Shown here piece by piece: positions 16,741 to 26,329 of a stretch of DNA of 64,000 nucleotides. Numbering within the stretch: position 1 is the stretch's first letter; each line of letters opens with the position of its first letter. The DNA is from a virus. Under the pieces are notes generated by a model that was not told where the DNA came from, ran no database searches, and was given only the letters and a program-made list of their open reading frames with translations. The stretch spans positions 1-64,000 of the IMG/VR virus record IMGVR_UViG_3300033565_000026; one strand, 5' to 3'. A program made the translations under genes and the position numbers.

Positions 16741-17970
16741 GTGGAATTATCAAGGAAAATAAGCCAATTCTATTCTAAACCCTCGGTGTTCAGAGACAAA
16801 GACGTATTAAAAAAAGGGCATCATCCACAGTCATTAGATGAAGTCCTTCACAGAGATGAAGTAATTAATAAATATGTAACTGTTTTACAGGAAGCTATCA
16901 AAGGGAAAGTTCCAGATAACCTGTTTATATATGGAACATTTGGAACTGGAAAAACGATGTTAGCGAGATTGATTACGTCTGAGATAGCTATGGCCGCAGA
17001 ACAGTTAGGAAATAGTGTAATTCCAATTTATATCTATTGCGAAACTGTGAGTGCTCCAAGCCCTCTAATGCAGTTTATTAATCAATCTATCATAGAAAAA
17101 CTACATGGAGTTAATAAACTTGTAGGAATATCGAAAGCCAAAAACTTTGATTATTTTTATGAATTGGTAGAAGAGGCAAAAGTGCCAATTATACTTATTT
17201 TTGATGAAATTGACAAACTCAAAGAACCTGACATTATAAATCAAATTTCGAGAATAAAGGAGTGTGGATTTACAAAACGCAATGTTTGTATTATCGGAAT
17301 AACCAACGACACTAATTTTTATAATAATCTTAATGGAAGGACAAAAAGCATAATAGGACAGAATGAATTATTTGTGCCTCCTTATGATGCGGATGAGCTT
17401 ATAGATATCTTGAATTTACGAGCTAAACAGGCATTTATAAACGACTCATTAGATGAAGTTGTAATTCCCCTATGTGCTGCTTTTGGTGCTCAAGAGAATG
17501 GGGATGCTAGGACAGCAATAGATCTACTCAGGACAGCCGGTGACCTCGCAGATCAAAGAGATAGTAGGATAGTAGAAGAATGTGACGTGAGAGCCGCAAA
17601 AGGCGGGATGGAATTAAACAGACAGCTTGAAGTTGTAAAAGGCTTGCCCACTCAAACAAAAAGCGTTCTTTTGGCATGTCTCTTAAAATATAAGAAAACT
17701 GGAAATGCATTAGAGACTAATGAGGTATATCCAATATACTCAAAAATATGCGAGATAACTTCATTAGATCCCGTTAAAACGAGGAGATTTAATGATTACA
17801 TAGGGGAATTAAACACACTAGGAATTATGTCCGTAAACAAGATCTCAAGAGGGAGGAAGAAAGGAGTTTACAACGCAATCAGACTGCTTGTAGAAACAGA
17901 TTCATTAGAAGAGATTATATTGCAGGATGATAGGTTTGAAGGATTTAGAAGAGGGAAAGATGAACTCTGA
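16741..17970 (+). CDS. cdc6: Orc1/Cdc6 replication initiator
   Basis: 409 aa with a GTG start after AGGTGAAAAC. It has Walker A GTFGTGKT, Walker B ILIFDEID and sensor-like GITND. The GDARTAIDLLR motif and a C-terminal winged-helix segment are typical of archaeal Orc1/Cdc6. Confidence 0.9.
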   Translation: MELSRKISQFYSKPSVFRDKDVLKKGHHPQSLDEVLHRDEVINKYVTVLQEAIKGKVPDNLFIYGTFGTGKTMLARLITSEIAMAAEQLGNSVIPIYIYCETVSAPSPLMQFINQSIIEKLHGVNKLVGISKAKNFDYFYELVEEAKVPIILIFDEIDKLKEPDIINQISRIKECGFTKRNVCIIGITNDTNFYNNLNGRTKSIIGQNELFVPPYDADELIDILNLRAKQAFINDSLDEVVIPLCAAFGAQENGDARTAIDLLRTAGDLADQRDSRIVEECDVRAAKGGMELNRQLEVVKGLPTQTKSVLLACLLKYKKTGNALETNEVYPIYSKICEITSLDPVKTRRFNDYIGELNTLGIMSVNKISRGRKKGVYNAIRLLVETDSLEEIILQDDRFEGFRRGKDEL

Positions 17971-17982
17971 GGGATATACATA

Positions 17983-18217
17983 TATTCAATTGCCAATGTA
18001 ACCAAGAAACTACTTGAGTGCTCTAAAAATAAAAAGCATTTAGCTTAATAATAAAAAAGCATTGTGACTTAATATGAAAGTTATACTATATATACTTAAC
18101 TATTACAAAATAAAATGTGTATTTCCAATAAATAAAATTTAATGTTACATTGGCAATTGAATAACTAAATAACTAGGGTTAATATGTTTATGGCTGTTAC
18201 ATTGGCAATTGAATAAC
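17983..18217. repeat. ORB-like repeats and AT-rich putative unwinding region downstream of orc1/cdc6
   Basis: An inverted copy lies at 17983-18002. Two identical direct copies, GTTACATTGGCAATTGAATAAC, lie at 18144-18165 and 18196-18217. About 140 bp of very AT-rich DNA separates the inverted and direct copies. Confidence 0.65.
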
Positions 18218-18232
18218 TATAAAGGTGAATCT

Positions 18233-18421
18233 ATGGAAGAGGGAAACCGGATTGAAATAATAAAAAGTGCATTATATGAGTTATCTAAAACGCATACGAG
18301 AATCACTTTACAGCAGGTAAAAGAGAAGTCTGGTATAGATAATCCTGAAAGTGAAATTGAAGTTCTCAGGAAGAAAGGAGTTATCTTACAGATGAAGTCT
18401 GGAGACTTTAGATGGGTTTAA
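18233..18421 (+). CDS. Small winged-helix-like protein
   Basis: ATG after AAAGGTGAATCT. The track start (18209) lies inside an ORB copy. RITLQQVKEKSGI..VLRKKGVI is HTH-like. Confidence 0.5.
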   Translation: MEEGNRIEIIKSALYELSKTHTRITLQQVKEKSGIDNPESEIEVLRKKGVILQMKSGDFRWV

Positions 18422-18527
18422 ACCCGTCATGTTCTCTCATTTTCATATTAATAAATTCGAATTAAATAATATGAAATTCTCTTGTTATTGTTTTTAAAAA
18501 GAGTAAATAAAAAAAGAGAAAAACGGA

Positions 18528-18914
18528 TTAATTAAAAACAGCTTTCTTTTCTTCCATTATTGCAATCTTCTGAGATAAATCAGATGATCCCTTATACTCT
18601 GCGATTACTACCTTATTGCAGGCTTCCAGATAAGCCTCAAAAGCTTCCTTCTGTTCTCCATAATTCCTGTTTGACCAATTCCCTTGAAGTCTGAGTTGAT
18701 AATTAATATCTTCGGCAGCTTCCTTTGATGGGTTCTCTATCAGATCCTGCATCATTGCATTAACTTCTGATACTCTAATATTAATTTCCTGAGTATAAGG
18801 ATCTATGGGCTCGTTGTGTATCTCAGAAACCGTATATCCTCCAGTTGCTCCAATTAGCATGAGTGCAACAACTGTATAAATCTCCCTCTGGAATCTCTCA
18901 AATATATAATTCAT
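18528..18914 (-). CDS. Membrane-anchored protein (last gene of the VirB4 cluster)
   Basis: 128 aa, preceded by GAGGAGTG, with a single N-terminal hydrophobic helix (VVALMLIGATGGY). Confidence 0.55.
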   Translation of the reverse strand: MNYIFERFQREIYTVVALMLIGATGGYTVSEIHNEPIDPYTQEINIRVSEVNAMMQDLIENPSKEAAEDINYQLRLQGNWSNRNYGEQKEAFEAYLEACNKVVIAEYKGSSDLSQKIAIMEEKKAVFN

Positions 18915-18917
18915 AAT

Positions 18918-19139
18918 TCACTCCTCAATAAAAACCCTTATCTGTTTCCCTTCTGTTCCAACTGGAAACCTAATTGATACATACCTTGATTCTGGAATTA
19001 TTATTGGTTCCCCTTCTCTTTCTCCCTGGGTTCTTGTGTACTCCCTCCATTTTGAGCGAAAAAGGAGATAAGCCTCACCAAGTCCCTGAATAATATTTAA
19101 TTCTTTTTTATTCTCAGATGATAAATTTTTATAAGACAT
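18918..19139 (-). CDS. Hypothetical protein
   Basis: 73 aa ORF lying 3 nt upstream of the next gene. Confidence 0.5.
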   Translation of the reverse strand: MSYKNLSSENKKELNIIQGLGEAYLLFRSKWREYTRTQGEREGEPIIIPESRYVSIRFPVGTEGKQIRVFIEE

Positions 19140-19276
19140 GAAACCTCAACAATATTTTATAAAGTGTACTTTCTATTTATACTTTGTTTCCACGAAACTA
19201 TGTGTACGTTGTCGAATTTGGTGGTTTCAACCTACCACATTTGACAGGTACATGTAGTAACCAGAAAAACGGAGGA

Positions 19277-21880
19277 TTAATAAACCTCCATTTGATCTGC
19301 AACCGTTTCAAACCGATCTGAATTTACGGTTTCACGGTTTTGTAATTCATCTCTAATGAGTTCTAATTTACGAAGGAGTTTACCCCCCTGTGGAACCACA
19401 TAACAAGCAGCCCTAGACTTTAACATCTCGGTACATGTTGCACCTGCTCCGGTGAAAATAATATTCTTATAACCGGCATCCTCTGCACGGTCTTTCTTTT
19501 CATCGAAGTCTAATGTTCCATGTGTGTCTTGCCCTTCAAATTCCAGGCATCCAGAGTTATCAGGATCAATTAAGTTTCCATTCAGGCCTACTTCTCCCCA
19601 TGTAATATCGGCTAAATCATTGTGGTGGATCTGGAGGTTAGGGAAACAGCCCCACTGTTTCATTTTTCCGTATATAGCACATACAGCGCAGTAATGTTTC
19701 CAGCCCTCAACGCCTATTAAGTCCTGCTTTTTCTTCCCGTTCTTCGTTGTTCCCTCTACTTTCTTCACCTTCGAGGACTTCACCCATGCACTAATAGAAC
19801 CCGAACCGAAAGGATCAGTCGGATTATAATTTGCATATGCAGAAAGGTCTGCTTTACTAAAGTTTTCTACCCAGTAATCTATAAAGAATTCCTCGGTTTC
19901 TACGAAATCACGGAGAGTTTCTTCAATGATTAAACCGCTTTGAGTTGACGCTTTTTTAACGGTCATTTTGTTCTTTCCTAAGAGGGCATCTTCTACCATA
20001 TCCTCTAAAACTACATCCATATTTATTGCATAAGGATGTTTTAAGAAAAGACATATGCCCCGCCCTTCCTCCAGCAGCCTCTCCCTATGTTCTTCCTTGA
20101 GGCTGAACACTTTATTAAACATATCAATTACAGAGTCCTTTAAGTTGCAGAGCAGGAATATGTTTGAACAGTTTGCTTTGATGAAATTAAGAGTATCAAT
20201 TCCGATCCCTTCGGGATCCTGTGTTGCAAAGATTGTAGTAATGAACGCACTCCTTGATTCTCGGAACATCTTTTCAATAAAAGGCTTTAGATTGTCTATT
20301 TTAAGGAGTTTAGCGCCTTCATCGAAAAATACATCTGTCCTTCTCTGTTCTACGTCCTCGGAGGAAAAGAACCGAGTGTTAATTATGCCCATCATAAGCA
20401 CGCTAAAGGCGTTCTGGAGGTTCAAAGATAGAGCAGATATATCTAATATAAGAAGGTCGTTATCAAGCTCTGGCGCGTTGTGGTTGTCTATCCAGTTAAG
20501 AGCGCATCCCTCAGTAGCTTCTATTGTGTCATATAAGAGAGCATTTAATGTAGGGTTAAATTTTGCAGTATTCAGGCCATCAATATAAGAATACCATTCT
20601 CCGAAGGAAGGCCATTCATCAGGATCAGCCCACTTATCAAGGTTTATTGCTCTTCCTTTCTTATCAACAAGTTCATGTTTTCGGTAAAGGTCCGCGAGAG
20701 TTTTTATAAACATTCCTTTTTTACGGCCTTTGAATGAGAGTCCAATCCATCCAGCCATAAAGCCTTTCAGGGTTTCATAGTGGTCTAATAGAGCTTTATC
20801 GTATGAATCCTGAGACGTACCCATCGTTTTAGGGTCATAAAATACCTGAAATGGATTAAAAGCATATTCAGGCATTCTAAGATGTTTCCCTTCAAACACA
20901 TTACAGAAGTTCTTATAATCAGTCCCTCCGCTTTTTTCATCTTTTGGCTGGAGGATAATAACCCTATGTCCTTTTGCCAAAGCTCTTGCCGCCCAAGTAC
21001 ATTCAAAAACCGTTTTACCGCTTCCGGTTTTCCCCATTATAAAGCTATGTCCCGCATCCTCTAAATTAAAATCCACTTTTACGGGTTTTCCAGTATCATC
21101 AATTCCAAGAATTATTCCGTCTTCAGGATATTGAGGATTAATAGCTCTGAGGGGCATCATTTTTGAAACTGTTTTCCCTGCAGTTGGTTGCAGTACATCA
21201 GGATCTATAAAGTTCGTTGGAAGGATGGATTTTATAACTCTTAATTGTCCATGCCTGGGGATTTCATATCTTATACCGCACTCTTCAAGAGTTCCTATGA
21301 TAGTATCAATAAGGGAATCAACATCTTTTTGAGTTTTCCCAAAAACCGCAGCGCATAACCCATAATTATAATAGTGATCTCTTCCATGAAATACGTTAGC
21401 TGTTGCCTTCTGTAATTCCTGGCCGTTCAGGCTGTTATACTGAGAGTTGATAGTCTGCTGTTCCCCGTTCTTCTGTTGCTCTTTTGACTGTTCAGTCTTT
21501 TCAATGGACTTCCCTAACATCTCAGCTTCTACGAGTGGATTGAGAGGAACCATTATATGCCCATAAATTATAGCAGCGTTTTCAGTTGCCGATATTTTAA
21601 TTAATTCGTCAACTGCTTTATCTGAAAAATCTTCATCATACCCCTTTCTTATATCCTGTCTCTTCGTTGTTTTCCCTATAATGAGAGCTTGCCCCCACAT
21701 CTTATTTACTTTTACATACCATCCATCCTTCGTGGCTTCGATGTCAGCAGGACACGCTAAAAATGAAAGGGTTTGAGTTCTCGCGGTCTTCCGGTCTAAC
21801 TGCTCTTTCTCCATCTGTTTTATTTCTCTCTCAACCTTCCAGCATTTCAATTTGTAATAGTTATTTAAAAAGAAATTCAC
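19277..21880 (-). CDS. VirB4/TrbE-like secretion ATPase with a C-terminal nuclease-like extension
   Basis: 867 aa. An N-terminal domain of about 270 aa precedes Walker A FIMGKTGSGKT, followed by VFFDEGAKLL and TTIFATQDP. The C-terminal 200 aa or so (EGWKHY..DLADITW..CLEFEGQ) shows a weak E..D..ExE/Q PD-(D/E)XK-like pattern. Membrane-protein genes are co-oriented upstream. Confidence 0.6.
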   Translation of the reverse strand: MNFFLNNYYKLKCWKVEREIKQMEKEQLDRKTARTQTLSFLACPADIEATKDGWYVKVNKMWGQALIIGKTTKRQDIRKGYDEDFSDKAVDELIKISATENAAIIYGHIMVPLNPLVEAEMLGKSIEKTEQSKEQQKNGEQQTINSQYNSLNGQELQKATANVFHGRDHYYNYGLCAAVFGKTQKDVDSLIDTIIGTLEECGIRYEIPRHGQLRVIKSILPTNFIDPDVLQPTAGKTVSKMMPLRAINPQYPEDGIILGIDDTGKPVKVDFNLEDAGHSFIMGKTGSGKTVFECTWAARALAKGHRVIILQPKDEKSGGTDYKNFCNVFEGKHLRMPEYAFNPFQVFYDPKTMGTSQDSYDKALLDHYETLKGFMAGWIGLSFKGRKKGMFIKTLADLYRKHELVDKKGRAINLDKWADPDEWPSFGEWYSYIDGLNTAKFNPTLNALLYDTIEATEGCALNWIDNHNAPELDNDLLILDISALSLNLQNAFSVLMMGIINTRFFSSEDVEQRRTDVFFDEGAKLLKIDNLKPFIEKMFRESRSAFITTIFATQDPEGIGIDTLNFIKANCSNIFLLCNLKDSVIDMFNKVFSLKEEHRERLLEEGRGICLFLKHPYAINMDVVLEDMVEDALLGKNKMTVKKASTQSGLIIEETLRDFVETEEFFIDYWVENFSKADLSAYANYNPTDPFGSGSISAWVKSSKVKKVEGTTKNGKKKQDLIGVEGWKHYCAVCAIYGKMKQWGCFPNLQIHHNDLADITWGEVGLNGNLIDPDNSGCLEFEGQDTHGTLDFDEKKDRAEDAGYKNIIFTGAGATCTEMLKSRAACYVVPQGGKLLRKLELIRDELQNRETVNSDRFETVADQMEVY

Positions 21881-22750
21881 TTAAACCACCCCATATATTT
21901 TTTTACCTGTTAACATACCCTGATAAATATCAATCATATCCTGATGCTCTTTTACTATAACGGTTTTAACTCCTCTTTTGCCTAATAACTTAAAATATCT
22001 GTTAACTACTCTATCCATTTCCTTCTGAGCTTTCCCCTTAAAAGCAGTATAAGGAAGCCCGATATAAATTAAAGTGGTTCTGTCTACCATTCCGGTTTTT
22101 TGGGAAAACTTCTTTTTCATACTGAGGAGTTCCGCCTTTCTTACAGGTGTTAATTTTGGCTGTTTTAGAAGCTCGTCAATGTCATTAAGAATGAATCTTG
22201 GGTCAATCCCTGTCATCATAATTGTTTTTTGATAACAGCCTTTAGGTAAAGCCCGAAATGCCCTTCTGAAGTTCTCGTTCATTGTATCCCTATCTATTTC
22301 AGGGGGGGATACTGCAATAGCTGTAAATCCAAAGTTTCCGTAGTATTCTCTTGTATTAGGACACGCAAACTCACTTAATCCGGTTGCTTCGTCAATTTCT
22401 TTCCAGGGGATATGATCTAATACCTGTTTATCGGTTGCTTTTTCACTGAATTTACTAAGGGTTTCATATCCTCGCTTCTCTCTTCTGTGAAACCTGAACT
22501 TTCTAAGGTTATGAGCAAGGGTTTCTTCATCCCTTGCAAATATCCCGTATGTTGCAACCGTCCCACATAATACTAAGGTGCTCGGTATCCATAACGGGTG
22601 AGGATATGAAAACAAAGAGAACGAGGCGGAGCCAACCCCTAGAATAATCGCTCCACCTATAGCGGTTATGCGTTCCCATGAATAGCCATTGGTAAATGGA
22701 TCTTTGACTGGCGATATAATTTGAGCTTGAAGCGAAACGTCTTTTGTCAT
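21881..22750 (-). CDS. Two-TM membrane protein with a cytoplasmic domain (VirB3-like position)
   Basis: 289 aa with an N-terminal hydrophobic hairpin (AIGGAIILGVGSASFSLF / STLVLCGTVATYGIFA). Its stop abuts the VirB4-like start. Confidence 0.45.
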   Translation of the reverse strand: MTKDVSLQAQIISPVKDPFTNGYSWERITAIGGAIILGVGSASFSLFSYPHPLWIPSTLVLCGTVATYGIFARDEETLAHNLRKFRFHRREKRGYETLSKFSEKATDKQVLDHIPWKEIDEATGLSEFACPNTREYYGNFGFTAIAVSPPEIDRDTMNENFRRAFRALPKGCYQKTIMMTGIDPRFILNDIDELLKQPKLTPVRKAELLSMKKKFSQKTGMVDRTTLIYIGLPYTAFKGKAQKEMDRVVNRYFKLLGKRGVKTVIVKEHQDMIDIYQGMLTGKKIYGVV

Positions 22751-22754
22751 CTTA

Positions 22755-23843
22755 TTACCTCGAAATTTTTATTACAATTCTATTTATCAATATTTTAGGG
22801 ACTTTATATGCAATAATAAGAATAAGAAAATCTGCTGCAACTGCTGCTATTATTCCAGGCAACACATAAGCCCAATTATCTTTTGAATTCCCTAACTGAA
22901 CACCAAACGATACAAAATAAAGTGTTATTATATCCATAAATACGAGTAAAATAAAGTAAAAATTAACAAATCCCCATGTTTTAATTGCCAATTTAAGTGA
23001 TATAAAAATAGCTTGCAATGCAAGAATCCCGCATAATATAAATGTCAACGATACAATAAAATAAATTCCATATTCCCCAATCAGTTTTTGAAAATTGTTA
23101 AAATACCACGCAATTCTTGTAATTACATAAGTGGGCATAGAATCAGAAGATGTGTTGATAGAGTCTACCATCGCAGTAGTCATCCCTAGAACCAACACAT
23201 TTCTGATTTTTACAATTCCTTTAATAAAATAATATTGAACAGCGGGACCGGCTAATATGCCAACCCATATTGTATACAATGCCTTAAAATCAAAATAAGA
23301 TTCTTCTCCCGAAAACGCATCTTGAATCTTCCCGATTAACTGAGGTGTAGTGTGTTGCCCTACAAAAACCCAATAAGCTAAACATATAAGAATTACAGCA
23401 CAAAGATAATATGTTCTACCCGTTTTAGCAAGACAGTCTCTTATGAAAGGTGGCTCAAACACATCTAGTTCTTTAGAATATAAAGAATATTGTAATTGCC
23501 TAGAACCCGTTATAGTTTCTTCCACACCAGCAGAAGCAAGCTTAAAACCTCCTTCCTGAAATTCATCAGCTATTGAATAGGGAAGCTCCATTAATGCATT
23601 AAGAATCATGGCTTCCCCTGCTTTTGTGTTTGAATCATCTTCCTTTTTTGGCGTTTCTTTTGGTTCTTCTTTGTCCTGGCTCTTATCCGATGAATCAATA
23701 TCATCCGGTATGTGAGCCTGTTTTTCTTTTGGGATCACATTACCGCTTTTGTCTTTGATTACAGGACTATGAGTTTCTAATGCATCCGCACTAAAAGGAA
23801 GAAGAAGGAGGATGAATATTACTAACAGGTTCGTAAACTTCAT
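22755..23843 (-). CDS. Polytopic membrane protein with a signal peptide (VirB6-like position)
   Basis: 362 aa. It has an N-terminal signal-like helix, an acidic/Lys-rich spacer, and then at least 5 hydrophobic helices. Confidence 0.45.
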   Translation of the reverse strand: MKFTNLLVIFILLLLPFSADALETHSPVIKDKSGNVIPKEKQAHIPDDIDSSDKSQDKEEPKETPKKEDDSNTKAGEAMILNALMELPYSIADEFQEGGFKLASAGVEETITGSRQLQYSLYSKELDVFEPPFIRDCLAKTGRTYYLCAVILICLAYWVFVGQHTTPQLIGKIQDAFSGEESYFDFKALYTIWVGILAGPAVQYYFIKGIVKIRNVLVLGMTTAMVDSINTSSDSMPTYVITRIAWYFNNFQKLIGEYGIYFIVSLTFILCGILALQAIFISLKLAIKTWGFVNFYFILLVFMDIITLYFVSFGVQLGNSKDNWAYVLPGIIAAVAADFLILIIAYKVPKILINRIVIKISR

Positions 23844-23852
23844 GTTTCCCCC

Positions 23853-24347
23853 TTAAAATACGCTAGTTGTTCCTAAATATTTCATAAGAGCTAATGCTAG
23901 AAGGAACCCACAGAATCCAAGAAATACAAAGCCCATCCAGTTTCTACCCTTCAACATGGTTTCCCATTTGCCCCAAATACTCCCCCACCCTATTCTCCCG
24001 TTGTTTACTGCGAATGATATCAGAGTAATTATTACAGATATCCCGATAGCACAGCCAACAACCAACAGAATTGATTTCTCGGCAGGTGGAATACTCATAA
24101 GGTAGTTTACGCCAGTAACCGGAGCCATTAGCAGTTTATTGAATCCGTTTGAATCTGTATTTAATTCATTAGTTTCTACCTCTTCATCAATATTTTTTGA
24201 AGATCCTGTTATTTCAGAATCCCTGCTTTCAACTACATTTCCATCCTTATCAAGAATTACAGGTTTGTTGTCTCCGTCTGCTGCCAGTGAAGGCACAACC
24301 ATTGAGCAAATCAGTATTAACCCGATTAAAATTGGTATTGTTTTCAT
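23853..24347 (-). CDS. Small secreted/membrane protein with two C-terminal helices (pilin-like layout)
   Basis: 164 aa. A signal peptide is followed by two hydrophobic helices separated by a short loop, the layout of VirB2/TrbC pilins. This is similarity of layout only. Confidence 0.3.
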   Translation of the reverse strand: MKTIPILIGLILICSMVVPSLAADGDNKPVILDKDGNVVESRDSEITGSSKNIDEEVETNELNTDSNGFNKLLMAPVTGVNYLMSIPPAEKSILLVVGCAIGISVIITLISFAVNNGRIGWGSIWGKWETMLKGRNWMGFVFLGFCGFLLALALMKYLGTTSVF

Positions 24348-24441
24348 ATATACACCTTGTAAAAATATACTTTCTATATATACAAAGTGTACTTACTATT
24401 AAAATTTATTGGTCAATTTTGAAAGTACAAAAAAAAGAGAA

Positions 24442-26256
24442 TTAGAAAGTAAATCTCAAAACATACAAACAGTATATAAAACAGATAAGTAAAATAACGG
24501 CAGCGTATTTGATTATTGGCTTAAATAACCCCTTATGTGGTTCAATTACTTTAATATCCATCGTAGGTTTAAAGCTGCCTTCGGGAGTGTTGCAGGTTAT
24601 TTTTATTTCATCAGGATCTACAAGGCCATCTAAATGAAAAGAATCTCCTGAGTGATATATTTCCCCTTCCCACAATGAACAGTTTGTATATATTACCGAT
24701 CTTCCCTGTTTTTCTCCAATCATAAGAGTGTGGAGTCCATTTTCCCCCTCAACTGATACTTCAACGCTTGTAAGCCCGTTAGAAGGTATATTGATAAGCG
24801 TATAAGGGTTACTATAATTATATTGTTCAATCGTTCCGGTGGCCTCCAACTGGCTTGCATCAACTCCAGAAGGTAAGATTATAGTATCATTCTCCTCTGC
24901 CTGCTCTACGAAATCCATTTTAAAAATATCAAAGATATTATCAAATTCTGTTGCTGATTGATCGGCCTCTTCTATCTCCTTATCTGAGAGAGGTTCAAAC
25001 CCGCCTGGAACATCCATTTCTGACGGCACAACTTCAGGACAACTCCACTCTTTACCGTTCCATGACCAACCCGAAGGGGTGCTCTGCTCTTTTGGATTTA
25101 TAAATATATCAGAATCAGAGAGCTTGCAGCCGTAAACGTTCCCCCCTACGTTATTATAATAACAGTTTTGAGAGCTTTCAACCTCTTGTTTTGAGATTGT
25201 ATTCTCAACTCCGAACCCTCCCTTTCCGGTTAGTTGGCTCGGTTTCGCGTTAGTGAATATATTAGCTGTTAGTTCTGCATCTGCGTATGTAGCCCATCCA
25301 GAATTAACAGCAAAAAAAACAACTGAGCCTCGGTAACATGAATCAAAAACGTTATTTTCAATTTTTGTATTATCATAACCGGAAGCAATTATTCCCCCTA
25401 CCCATGAAATACGATTATCCCCGCAATTCATAAAGAGATTATGATGCAACCATAACTCTTCATTACCTGAAGCTTTTCCAACCAACCAAAGCCCAGGACA
25501 GCAGGAAGATAATATAACATTTCCACAGACTTCTATATCTTCCATTGTACCTGTGTCATGCTGTATCTGGATAGCTGGACCTGCATCTCTCGGACCTTCC
25601 CACGAAATGATATTATTATAGATTCTTGCATGATTAACGTCTAAGAGTCTACACGCTGAATTAACAAGAGTCTTGATATTGTTGTGATGTACTTTAATAC
25701 CTGAAGATCTGAGAGCGAAGAAAACGTCATGTCCTCCCATTTCTCCGGTATTATACGAGAATTCTATGTTTTTGCAGCCGGATAGTCTCAGCCCATCCCC
25801 TAAATTATCATTAAAAGCGCATTTCGTAACCTTAATATTCTCACAATTTATTAAATATATAAAAGTCCCTATCTGGTTTCCATACGCTTTTTTGCCGCTC
25901 TGCTCAGGATGATTCGGGTTTGAATATCGAAGTGCGTACTTCTGATGATCCTGATTCCCCTCAAATCTAATCCCTGATATATTAATATTCTTTTGAGTTT
26001 TACCTGAGATCATAGGGATATTTTGAGGGATGCCGCATTCATCAGCGAACTTAAAAATAGTGCCTTTCTGCCCGCGTAATTCAATATTAGAAGGAAGTTC
26101 AAAAGAATTACTTATAGAGTATGTTTTAGCTTCCAATTCTATTATTTTATTACCATCTCCGCATAAACGAACAATTTCTTTTTCATCTCCTGCAAGAGCA
26201 TGACCCGATAACAAACATAATACTAATATTATAATAAAAGATCTTCTTAAATGCAT
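24442..26256 (-). CDS. Secreted right-handed beta-helix protein with a C-terminal membrane anchor
   Basis: 604 aa with a signal peptide and a C-terminal hydrophobic helix (AAVILLICFIYCLYVL). It has repeated N-x-I/V..N/G beta-helix turns and GDGLRLSG..MGGHDVFF. It is clearly paralogous to 31943-33298. Confidence 0.65.
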   Translation of the reverse strand: MHLRRSFIIILVLCLLSGHALAGDEKEIVRLCGDGNKIIELEAKTYSISNSFELPSNIELRGQKGTIFKFADECGIPQNIPMISGKTQKNINISGIRFEGNQDHQKYALRYSNPNHPEQSGKKAYGNQIGTFIYLINCENIKVTKCAFNDNLGDGLRLSGCKNIEFSYNTGEMGGHDVFFALRSSGIKVHHNNIKTLVNSACRLLDVNHARIYNNIISWEGPRDAGPAIQIQHDTGTMEDIEVCGNVILSSCCPGLWLVGKASGNEELWLHHNLFMNCGDNRISWVGGIIASGYDNTKIENNVFDSCYRGSVVFFAVNSGWATYADAELTANIFTNAKPSQLTGKGGFGVENTISKQEVESSQNCYYNNVGGNVYGCKLSDSDIFINPKEQSTPSGWSWNGKEWSCPEVVPSEMDVPGGFEPLSDKEIEEADQSATEFDNIFDIFKMDFVEQAEENDTIILPSGVDASQLEATGTIEQYNYSNPYTLINIPSNGLTSVEVSVEGENGLHTLMIGEKQGRSVIYTNCSLWEGEIYHSGDSFHLDGLVDPDEIKITCNTPEGSFKPTMDIKVIEPHKGLFKPIIKYAAVILLICFIYCLYVLRFTF

Positions 26257-26329
26257 AAAATTAATATAGATGTTATGAGTAATAAAGTTTACTTATTATT
26301 TAAAGTAAGTAAACTTTTATGAGGTAATT

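Noticed and set aside
8479-18217. Could the CTTACAAG arrays or the ORB repeats be a CRISPR array?
   Set aside because: The repeats are short (8-22 nt), occur in both orientations and are irregularly spaced, and there are no cas genes. They are not CRISPR.
20055-20588. 177-aa + strand ORF inside the VirB4-like gene.
   Set aside because: It is entirely antisense to a long ORF with clear ATPase motifs. Its translation is Ser/Leu-rich and low in complexity, with no start context. It is a typical shadow ORF.
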